From contig JAHPZA010000009.1 in NCBI GenBank assembly GCA_019058445.1, positions 480,001 to 544,000 of the forward strand: a stretch of 64,000 nucleotides of DNA, given 5' to 3'. Source of the stretch: Promethearchaeota archaeon. Its GTDB lineage: Archaea > Asgardarchaeota > Lokiarchaeia > Sigyniarchaeales > SOKP01. Every line of letters starts with the position of its first letter. Positions within the stretch are counted from its first letter, which is position 1. Under the pieces are notes generated by a model that worked only from the letters and a program-made list of their open reading frames with translations, was not told the origin of the DNA and ran no database searches. This document shows positions 30,622 through 38,855 of the stretch, piece by piece. The position numbers and the translations under genes were made by a program.

Positions 30622-31600
30622 TCAACCTATCATTGTTCTCCAGGCATCAAATCCTTCTTGTTCGATGGCCTTAGCAATTTTCTCTTGTAATTCTTCGCTT
30701 TCAGCTAAAGCTATTACCAATCCTCCGCGTCCTGTTCCCGTCATTTTAGCGCCTAATGCACCATTATTTAGTGCAATTTCTACTAATCTATCATTTAATT
30801 CTCCAGAAACCGTGATTTGTTGAAGTAATTTATGATTTTGATTCATTAAATCACCTAAAGTGTTGGAATCTCCTTCAAGGAGAGCTTTTTTTGCTTTTTC
30901 TGCTAGAATTTTATAATCACCGAATATTTTCTCAAATTTTTCTGGAGATTCTTCCTTTAAACTCCGAACATCAGCAACTACCTCCGTTGTTGAAGCAGTT
31001 ATTCCTGAATTTGCGATTACTAATGGCATCTTTTTTGGTGTTTTTAAAAGGTCCATAGTATTCTTTCCACCACTTAAGTTCTTTACAAACCATATCAATC
31101 CTCCATATGTTGAGGCTGTATTATCTATTCCTGAGGGAGTTCCGTGATATGCTTTTTCACCTTCATAAGCCGCTGCATTTATCTTTTCATCATCTAATCC
31201 AAGATTAAACCTTTCGTTTAAAGCGCGAGCTAAAGATGTACATTGAGCAGCAGAAGCTCCAACTCCACTCGCAGCAATCAAATCTCCTGCAAATGTTATT
31301 TCAAGTTTCTGACTCTGGATATCTATTTTTAAATGTTCAAGTACATTTTTAATAGATTGCATAGCATCATCATATTTCATTTGTTTATAACCTGGTGTAG
31401 CAGGCCTCTGATCATCTACAGTCCAACCTTGACCATTAACAATTTTAACTTCAGCTGTTGTATAGGAACTTAAAGCTGATGCGATTGCAGGAAGACCATA
31501 CACTACAAAATGATTGCGTTTAATCCTGAATTGGGAATTAAATTTCGCCAAAAAGTATAGTCTTTCCATATCCTTTTCCAGTACCCAAATTATTCACCAT
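30622..31600 (-). CDS. mvk: Mevalonate kinase, two-exon model: exon 1 31544-31600 (or TTG start at 31588), exon 2 30622-31512
   Basis: Exon 1 encodes (MVNN)LGTGKGYGKTILFGE and exon 2 HFVVYGLPAIA..., with the GHMP motif 'ASGVGASAA', 'HGTPSGIDN' and 'GAKMTGTGRGG'. The supplied ORF from 31569 has a non-homologous N-terminus. Confidence 0.9.
31513..31543 (-). other. Candidate 31-nt bulge-helix-bulge (tRNA-type) pre-mRNA intron in mvk
   Basis: mRNA GGCG-AA|A-UUUAAUUC-(CCAAUUCA)-GGAUUAAA-CGCA-AU|C-AU. Removing it joins GAA and CAU and restores G-E-H. Confidence 0.72.
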
Positions 31601-32045
31601 TTATTCTCGTATTTTATGACAAAATCTATGAAATAAATAATTCTTACCTATATTTAAAAAGTTGGATATAATAATTTATCCAGAAATTATTAATTTATCT
31701 ACTTATTCTGCCTATTCAAATATCCTACCATACTTATAATATCCAATTCCAAGCTTCTATACGTTTGATTATAAAATTGTTTTAATTCTTCAACCTTTTT
31801 TTTCCCTAGTTAGGTTAGATTATAGGAATTATCAAATGGGAAGGTAGAATCTTAATAATCAAGTTATTATTACATAATTGAAATTAGTTTGTGAAGATTA
31901 CAAAGATAGGTTTTTTAGTCACTAAACATACTCATAAATGCTTAAGACAAGATACCAAAGTTTATTATTAATTTCTTTATAAATTAAAAATTAACTGAAT
32001 TATGGAAAAAATTGAATTTCCATATGACAAAGATGAGAAAAACTT

Positions 32046-32903
32046 ATGAATAATTCAAATTCCAATACAATTTTCGGTATTCTTCTTTTATTGGGATTTG
32101 GTGGTCTTATCATCGGACCCGCCTTCCTTATTGTTGGTATCTATGCATATATTTCTCTAGAACCTTTTGGAATTAGTTCAATAATTTTTGGAATAGTCCT
32201 CATTTCAATCTCAATATTATCATTTACAATCCTCATTATTTATAAGAATAAACACGATTTCTTTAAAGATGCTTCTAAACAAAAAGAAAAAAAAAAAGAA
32301 TCATTGAAATTACTTCATAAAGATAAGTTTTTCTGTGAGAGATGTCTAAAAGAAATCACAGAAGAAGATGCAGTGTTATACAAAGGTCATTGTCTTGAAT
32401 GTTGGAAAACTTTATACATTTATGAACCCATTCATCTCCCTATTTGTTGTATTATTATAACTTTATTGATTTCCTTTATTTTTATAGTCATAGGTTTTCA
32501 AATTGGTGACACTGTTGTCTCTTTGATAGTGGCAATAATGCTTATAGTTTTGGTTATACCCGCATACGCACTTGGAATTAGAACAAGCATTAGAAAACTA
32601 AAGAAAGAAAAAAAGGTAATTGAGAACATAATGAAGAATAAATATAAAATCAAAATATCAAAATGTTATTTATGTGATAATGAAGCTCATACTAATTGTT
32701 ATAATTGTAATAAACCAATATGTGAGACGCATTCTACAGAATCAAAATTTGCATTTTATGGGCCTGAAATTACTTGCCTTGATTGTGCAAGAATTATTGA
32801 AATCAAAGAAGGTGCTAAAATGTTTATTTTTGTTATTTTGATGACTTTTGCGATGGGGATATTAATTGCTGTATTATTCTTTTCAATCATAATTCTTCCT
32901 TGA
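32046..32903 (+). CDS. Hypothetical membrane protein with Cys/His-rich Zn-binding modules
   Basis: About 5 TM segments; CERC..CLEC and CYLC..CYNC..C..H..CLDC (B-box-like). Confidence 0.75.
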   Translation: MNNSNSNTIFGILLLLGFGGLIIGPAFLIVGIYAYISLEPFGISSIIFGIVLISISILSFTILIIYKNKHDFFKDASKQKEKKKESLKLLHKDKFFCERCLKEITEEDAVLYKGHCLECWKTLYIYEPIHLPICCIIITLLISFIFIVIGFQIGDTVVSLIVAIMLIVLVIPAYALGIRTSIRKLKKEKKVIENIMKNKYKIKISKCYLCDNEAHTNCYNCNKPICETHSTESKFAFYGPEITCLDCARIIEIKEGAKMFIFVILMTFAMGILIAVLFFSIIILP

Positions 32904-32973
32904 CTCAATTTAAATGGGTTTTGAATTACAACAAATATTTAACCAACATGATATAAGTTTTAAATTATTATAT

Positions 32974-33045
32974 TTAGTTTAAAATATAAGATATAAAATG
33001 TTCTCCGAATAAAATTGTCTTACCATATCCAATTCCTTTACCCAT
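32974..33045 (-). pseudogene. Truncated, intron-less mvk 5' remnant (MGKGIGYGKTILFGEHFISYILN*)
   Basis: GAGGTGA RBS 5 nt upstream of the ATG. Matches the mvk N-terminus through ...GEHF, then diverges and stops. Confidence 0.85.
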
Positions 33046-33174
33046 CTATCTCACCTCTACAATGCCTTCTGAGCCATTAACAAGAATTCTTTAACCGGTT
33101 TTTATATTACTAATATTAATTTGATCTATGCAAGGAACTTCGCTAATAATGCAACCGACTGCTATGATTGTATT
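33046..33174 (-). pseudogene. Remnant of an AcnX small-subunit 3' end with an internal TAA (33091-33093)
   Basis: NTIIAVGCIISEVPCIDQINISNIKTG*RILVNGSEGIVEVR* is 30/42 identical to the C-terminus of 34446-34835. Its TAG abuts the ATG of the mvk remnant. Confidence 0.85.
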
Positions 33175-34372
33175 TGAAAATGTATAAATCTTCTTCCAAT
33201 TTTTTAGCTTCAGATGATTTTGGATTTAATAACTTAGAGGGACCAGCAATAGATCCCTCAATAATATCATATTGTGGAATTATTGAATTCAATTCCTCAA
33301 TAATTTCTTTTTTCTCATCCCTAAGGGTTATTAAAACTACTGAGGGTCCAGTGTCAATGGAATAATATACATGATAATTATTTTTTTCTCGTAATTCACG
33401 AGTTTTTATCATAATTTTTAAAGTATCTGGTTTCCACGCAATTATATTATCTTCTCGAGCTGTTATAGTAATATGATGGAGGCAATTTGTGTCATATTCA
33501 GCTATCTCGCCAATACTATCTAATTTATGATTATTCAGAGCGTCAATAAACGCTATTATATTTTGTTTACGCTGTTTTAACCAAGGGAGGAAGTAAGGTG
33601 ATGTAGGAGCAGCTTTATGAGCTTGATCAGTTTTCAGCTCTGATTCAATTGGGATTGTTAACAAGGATATATTATCAATAAAAGATTGATGTTCTTTTTT
33701 ATCCAATCTAACAGCAAAACAATCGAGTGGATCAATTGTAGGATGACTTAGCCATAAAGCTAAGCCGCCTACCGCACTTCTACACCCCGAGCCAGACAGA
33801 TACCTGGAAAAAAAGCTGATTAATCTACGATTCTTTAGATACTCATCACAGTTATCATATACAATTGAAGTAGCAGCAAGAGCTAATGCAGCAGATCCCG
33901 AAGCAGAAGTTCCAAGACCCTTTCCAATTTCATTTCCTTTAATGGATTTTAAAAAATTTCGAGAAACTAAAACCGCTTTAGTTTTCACTTGAGAATAATC
34001 ACGGATAACGTTCAATGCAAGCTTAATCCTTTCCAATTTATCATCAAAGATTTCATTTCCATTTAGAATCGCATGATCCTCTTTTAAATTTTTATCAAAT
34101 TTCAGAAAAGAAATTGTGTTTGCACAACTATTATTAAGAGAAATACTTGGAAAATAGGCAATTCGATTATTTGGATCTCCTGAAAATCCATGATATTTTA
34201 GAATCCCTTGAATAGGATATGCCATTGAGTAAACTTCACCACTATCCCTTCGAAATTCAAGATTTGTGGGGATTTCTGGAATGAAATAATTATTAACGTC
34301 AAGAGCTTGAAGAATTTCTTCATAATCCTTCTTTAACTGTATAATATCTTCCTTTCGAATAGAATTTGCCAT
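33143..34372 (-). CDS. mvaD: ATP-dependent phosphomevalonate decarboxylase (MvaD family, haloarchaeal-type)
   Basis: 'AYPIQGILKYHG', 'KGLGTSASG.AALA', 'SGSGCRS', 'YSIDTGP'. Confidence 0.82.
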   Translation of the reverse strand: MANSIRKEDIIQLKKDYEEILQALDVNNYFIPEIPTNLEFRRDSGEVYSMAYPIQGILKYHGFSGDPNNRIAYFPSISLNNSCANTISFLKFDKNLKEDHAILNGNEIFDDKLERIKLALNVIRDYSQVKTKAVLVSRNFLKSIKGNEIGKGLGTSASGSAALALAATSIVYDNCDEYLKNRRLISFFSRYLSGSGCRSAVGGLALWLSHPTIDPLDCFAVRLDKKEHQSFIDNISLLTIPIESELKTDQAHKAAPTSPYFLPWLKQRKQNIIAFIDALNNHKLDSIGEIAEYDTNCLHHITITAREDNIIAWKPDTLKIMIKTRELREKNNYHVYYSIDTGPSVVLITLRDEKKEIIEELNSIIPQYDIIEGSIAGPSKLLNPKSSEAKKLEEDLYIFKYNHSSRLHY

Positions 34373-34445
34373 TTTATTTATTTAAAAAATATACATTATT
34401 GGTAGAGAGAGAAGTTATATTACCATATTTTTTTCCTGTTCCCTG

Positions 34446-34835
34446 CTATTTCACCTCTACAGTGCCTTCTGATCCATTTACGATAATTTTTTGTCCCATT
34501 TTAATGTTTTTAATATCAATTTTATCTACACAGGGGATTTCACTAATTATACACCCTACTGCGATAATTGTATCGATTTGTTCATTTACAATTGCTGCTG
34601 GAGCTGTATTTTTTTTTTTCATTCTATACATCGTATACGATCCGACAGTAGAACCTTTCCCTGTAGGAAAGACCAGAACTTTTCCGGTTATGTTTTGACC
34701 TTCAAGCTCATGTCCAACCTCAACAACTTTACCGGTATCGGGATCTACACCACCATAGAATGAAATTCCATCTTTCGTTACAATCGCTTCTGCCTCAGCA
34801 GTTCCTTTATAAATTCTTCTTCCTTCTAACTTCAT
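34446..34835 (-). CDS. Phosphomevalonate dehydratase small subunit (AcnX swivel domain, DUF126)
   Basis: 'SFYGGVDP.TG', 'H.L.GQ.I.GK.L.FP..KGSTVGS'. Confidence 0.92.
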   Translation of the reverse strand: MKLEGRRIYKGTAEAEAIVTKDGISFYGGVDPDTGKVVEVGHELEGQNITGKVLVFPTGKGSTVGSYTMYRMKKKNTAPAAIVNEQIDTIIAVGCIISEIPCVDKIDIKNIKMGQKIIVNGSEGTVEVK

Positions 34836-36025
34836 TTTATCGCCTCCTCAACACATTCTTCGATTGTACCAATTTTTACTTTAAACTTATTCTTTGCGCG
34901 ACCATAATAACACGCTTTTGCTGAATCCACCATGATTCCCTTAAAGCGTCCTTTAATAGGAGCTACTACACAACATGTATCTGCTGCAAATTTTGCTCCA
35001 GCATCTTCAATAATTTTAGAGTATCCAGCTTCATCTGCTATTTTTTTTGTTGGTCGAGCAGTAGTAATCCAAAATTCTTTATTTACTTTTTTTCCTTCTA
35101 ATAAACTTGCTAATTGTGCGATTTCATGAATTGAAGCGTGTGGACAACCTATACTTACAAAATCGATTTCAAGATCATCGTCAATAAGTTCGGCACGAGT
35201 TTTTTCTAAGGCATCCTGATTAATTTCGAATACAAGGTCATTTGGTTTAGGGAATTCATTATACTCAGGAGTAATACCTTCCATATGGAATAAGGCAGTA
35301 CCACCGTATGTTGCAACGGAAGCACAAAATGATTTAAGCTCTTCAACTGTAGCGGATGGAATTCCCGTAATATAAGGTATTTTTTTTCCTAGCTCACCTA
35401 ATTTATCTCCAATTATTTTTCCCAATACTCCGAATTCGTCTGTGCCTTTTACTGAGGCATTTACTTTAACTAAAACTTGTCCATGGCGATTTTCATCCAA
35501 GTGATACCCATATTTAGGTGTTCTCCCAGTTAGAGCCGAGGCCAATGCGCTTGGTCCTCCCTCACGATTCGTTCGAGCTCCAATAACTGAGTTAGAATAG
35601 CAAACGGCACTACTTTCAGCCCAGGCTATATGCTGTCCATAATGAGGGGTGTTTCCAATTAAATACGGGGTACATGAACAAGTTGTAATTATCCCCATTC
35701 TCGCAAAGGCATCTATAGCACGGTTCTGATTTTTTGCAAATTCCTTATCGATACCTAAAGCTTGCCAATTTTCGCGATCCATTCCTGCGGGATTTAATGT
35801 TGTTAAAACTCTAACCTTCCCATCTTCTGCCATCTCGCTTAGAAATTCCAAACCTGCTTCGTCTAAGTTAGCATAAGATACTCCCGCAATCTGTACACTT
35901 TGAACATCAACCATGTATTCAGCATCAAAGATCTCACCTAATGTGTTTAAAATTTCCATAGATTTCTTAACAGCATTTCCATATTTTCCATCCAGCATAT
36001 CTTGCTCTTCTGTGGTTAATTTCAC
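34832..36025 (-). CDS. Phosphomevalonate dehydratase large subunit (AcnX catalytic, DUF521)
   Basis: 'CSCTPY', 'WAESSA..Y.NSVIGARTNREG', 'IGCPH', 'DTC', 'SAK'. Confidence 0.93.
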   Translation of the reverse strand: MKLTTEEQDMLDGKYGNAVKKSMEILNTLGEIFDAEYMVDVQSVQIAGVSYANLDEAGLEFLSEMAEDGKVRVLTTLNPAGMDRENWQALGIDKEFAKNQNRAIDAFARMGIITTCSCTPYLIGNTPHYGQHIAWAESSAVCYSNSVIGARTNREGGPSALASALTGRTPKYGYHLDENRHGQVLVKVNASVKGTDEFGVLGKIIGDKLGELGKKIPYITGIPSATVEELKSFCASVATYGGTALFHMEGITPEYNEFPKPNDLVFEINQDALEKTRAELIDDDLEIDFVSIGCPHASIHEIAQLASLLEGKKVNKEFWITTARPTKKIADEAGYSKIIEDAGAKFAADTCCVVAPIKGRFKGIMVDSAKACYYGRAKNKFKVKIGTIEECVEEAIK

Positions 36026-36044
36026 AATTATTTTCTCCTCTCTG

Positions 36045-37346
36045 TTAAAAATATTTATTTAAATCAACTTTTGGGAAATCTGCTATATCAAAGCTCTTCC
36101 CTTTGGCCACAAGAGGTTTTGTTAAATCAAATCCAATTTTGGTAGTCATTTTTGTTCCTGGCTCTGCGCTAGGATCTAAACTGCTTCCTGGCTCTTTTTC
36201 TTTCATAACCATTCGGGAATCTCCTTGAAAACGGGTTGCCATTGCCCATTCCACTGATAGTGGATTATAGATATCTATATCTTTATCTACAATAAATACA
36301 TGTTTGCAACTCGTATGACCAGCAAATGCACCAAAAATAGCCTTTCTGCCATCTTCTTCTGATTTTTTATCAATTTGTACAATCGCATGTAACCATGAAC
36401 AGCCTCCTGGATTGATGTTGACATCTAAACATTTAACCCCTGCTTCATTGACTTTATTAAAAATGGTAGGTTCTCTTGGCATTCCCATTAATATTTTATG
36501 CTCAAGTGCTCCTGGTAATAATGCTTGCCAAATTGCTTCCTTTCTATGAGTAATTTTAGTAACTTCAAACACAGGTTCTTCCCTGACTACATCATAAGTT
36601 TCAGTTAAATCGACAAAAGGACCTTCAGGATGTTTTTCTTCCAAATACACCCGCCCTTCTAACACAAATTCTGCTTCAGCCGGAATTAGAAGATCTACCG
36701 AATTCGCTTTCACAACCTTTATTGGCTCTAAGGCATTTGCAATTTCTAATTCGTCAACTCCAATATCTACCGAAGTTGCACCTGCAATTAAAATATTCGG
36801 AGTATTTCCGATACAATATGCGACTTCTAATTCACCATTCTTTTTTAAAAATTTATGGAAATGACGGCCACCAACGATTCGAGTGGCGAATTTATTCTTA
36901 GAAAATTGCATGGCACGATGGAAATCCATATTTTGACCATACTCGGGATCTCTAGTAATAACTACAGCCGAACTGATATAGTTTCCCCCATCTTTCTCAC
37001 AATGGAATAAAATTGGTATTTTATCTAAATCAACATTTGATTCAATAACTTCTTGGCAAGGTGCGTTTGTAACAACTTCCGGCTTTAAACGCTGAGTAAT
37101 TGCTTTTGAAAGCATAGGTATTAGATCTGCGGGAGTAACGCCAAAATAATCAGCGATTACATTTTTAGTACAGAACATATTACCAATTACTCGAAAATCT
37201 GATTCTTTAACATTATTAAACAATATTTGCGTTGGCTCTATCGCCTTTAAAATACCAGAAATCTCTAGTTTCTTAGATACTTCAATATCAACTTTTCGTA
37301 GAAGTCCACTTTCATCTATTTTTTTTATATAATCTCTTAATCCCAT
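36045..37346 (-). CDS. UbiD-family trans-anhydromevalonate phosphate decarboxylase (AMPD)
   Basis: UbiD motifs 'DGGNY', 'HR', 'EGPF.D...TY', 'WAMATR', 'SSLDPS'; located in the mevalonate operon. Confidence 0.88.
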   Translation of the reverse strand: MGLRDYIKKIDESGLLRKVDIEVSKKLEISGILKAIEPTQILFNNVKESDFRVIGNMFCTKNVIADYFGVTPADLIPMLSKAITQRLKPEVVTNAPCQEVIESNVDLDKIPILFHCEKDGGNYISSAVVITRDPEYGQNMDFHRAMQFSKNKFATRIVGGRHFHKFLKKNGELEVAYCIGNTPNILIAGATSVDIGVDELEIANALEPIKVVKANSVDLLIPAEAEFVLEGRVYLEEKHPEGPFVDLTETYDVVREEPVFEVTKITHRKEAIWQALLPGALEHKILMGMPREPTIFNKVNEAGVKCLDVNINPGGCSWLHAIVQIDKKSEEDGRKAIFGAFAGHTSCKHVFIVDKDIDIYNPLSVEWAMATRFQGDSRMVMKEKEPGSSLDPSAEPGTKMTTKIGFDLTKPLVAKGKSFDIADFPKVDLNKYF

Positions 37347-37436
37347 ACGTTCTAATCATCTCACATTCTATATTAATTAATACAAATATGTACATAACGG
37401 TTTCTTAGGTTAATTACAGAATAACATTTTTTAAAA

Positions 37437-38720
37437 CTAAAGGTTTTTATCATCCTGTATCTTTTGTAAAATTTCTTTAGCATAATCAACCCTAATCTTT
37501 TTATCCTCTACTAATTTTTTTGCAACTTTTTCTATTAATTCCTCAGGTACTCCTGCGAGTTTTGCTATATTTCTTGAATGAAGAGTCATATGACCTTTTT
37601 GAATTCCCTCTGAAGCTAAAACCCTTAATGCACCTACATTCTGTGCCAAACCAAGAGCAGCAGCAACCTGAGAGAGCTCACTAGCACTTTCAACATTTAC
37701 AATTTTCAGCGCTAATCGTGCCATCGGGTGAATTTTTGTCATACCTCCAATGATACCAAGAGCAAGAGGTATTTCTATTTCCCCTACTAGATTTCCATCC
37801 GAATCAATTTGAAATTTTGTTAATGGAGAGTATTTTCCGTTTAATGCAGCATACGCATGAGCTCCAGCTTCAATGGCACGCGTATCATTTCCGGTGGCTA
37901 ATGTTAAAGCTATAATTCCATTCATTATACCTTTATTATGAGTGGTAGCTCTGTAGGGATCTGCAAAAGCAAATTCATATGCGTTCATTATTCCCTCAAC
38001 TACTTGGAGGCCTCCTAATAAATCCTTATCAAAAATCGCTTTACACTTGGCTACACGATGTGTAGCTAAATTTGATACAATTCTAAGGTAAATTCTCCCT
38101 TCACATAAATCCTCAATGTAAGGACTTACTGCTTCGGCCATTGTATTCACTACATTAGCCCCCATCGCATCTAAGACATCTACTAATAAATGGATAATTA
38201 ACATTTTACCCCGTCTTGTAGTCAATTCTCTAACTTCAAAATCAAACGCGCCACCGCCTAACTGATTCAAGAATGGATCTTGCTCATTAGCCATTCTTAT
38301 AATATCATCCTTATGTTCTATTAGCTTTTCTTTAGAAGCTGTGATATCCTTTAAATCAGTAATTTGAATTTGGGAAATCATTACTGATTTAATTTTTTCT
38401 GCATGGAATCCACCATGTTTTCTTGCAAACTTTGCCGCATTGGATGCAGCCGCAACAACTGAGGGTTCCTCTATGACCATAGGAATTAAGTAATCTTTAT
38501 TATTAATTTTAAAATTACATGCTATACCTAGAGGTAATTGATAACTTCCTATAACATTCTCAATTAATGTATCCAGTTGAGAAGGTTTGAAATAACCAAA
38601 ATTTTGCAATAGGGCAAGATCTTCTTCACTTAAATCAACGGCCCCAGCAACAACTTTTAGACGTTCTTCTATAGGAAGCTTATAAAAGCCAGATATGGCT
38701 GAATTGATTTCTTTTTTCAT
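37437..38720 (-). CDS. mvaA: HMG-CoA reductase (class II, MvaA-like)
   Basis: 'ENVIG', 'EEPSVVAA', 'DAMGAN', 'THNKG', 'GNDTRA', 'GIQKGHM.LH'. Confidence 0.95.
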   Translation of the reverse strand: MKKEINSAISGFYKLPIEERLKVVAGAVDLSEEDLALLQNFGYFKPSQLDTLIENVIGSYQLPLGIACNFKINNKDYLIPMVIEEPSVVAAASNAAKFARKHGGFHAEKIKSVMISQIQITDLKDITASKEKLIEHKDDIIRMANEQDPFLNQLGGGAFDFEVRELTTRRGKMLIIHLLVDVLDAMGANVVNTMAEAVSPYIEDLCEGRIYLRIVSNLATHRVAKCKAIFDKDLLGGLQVVEGIMNAYEFAFADPYRATTHNKGIMNGIIALTLATGNDTRAIEAGAHAYAALNGKYSPLTKFQIDSDGNLVGEIEIPLALGIIGGMTKIHPMARLALKIVNVESASELSQVAAALGLAQNVGALRVLASEGIQKGHMTLHSRNIAKLAGVPEELIEKVAKKLVEDKKIRVDYAKEILQKIQDDKNL

Positions 38721-38855
38721 AATATTTCATTTAAATTAGTATCTTAATTAAATTGAATAATAAATCTATTGGAAATCTTTTAAAATGATGAATAAACCAT
38801 TGAAACTTTTAAAAAAAAGGATTTGATCCAAACACATTCCTCGTATAAGTGAAAT

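Noticed and set aside
31513-31569. Supplied mvk N-terminus MERLYFLAKFNSQFRIKRN from the ATG at 31569
   Set aside because: It is not homologous to mevalonate kinases and drops the conserved Lys and Glu; the true motif is encoded in another frame upstream of the 31-nt insert.
31690-31830. Short start-less minus-strand frame upstream of mvk
   Set aside because: Possibly another gene remnant, but I could not match it to any protein in the window.
31513-33000. One 1.5-kb intron joining the mvk remnant (33045) to exon 2
   Set aside because: The remnant's GGAG cannot form the central helix with CGCA at the 3' site, and I saw no group I/II intron or homing-endonuclease features.
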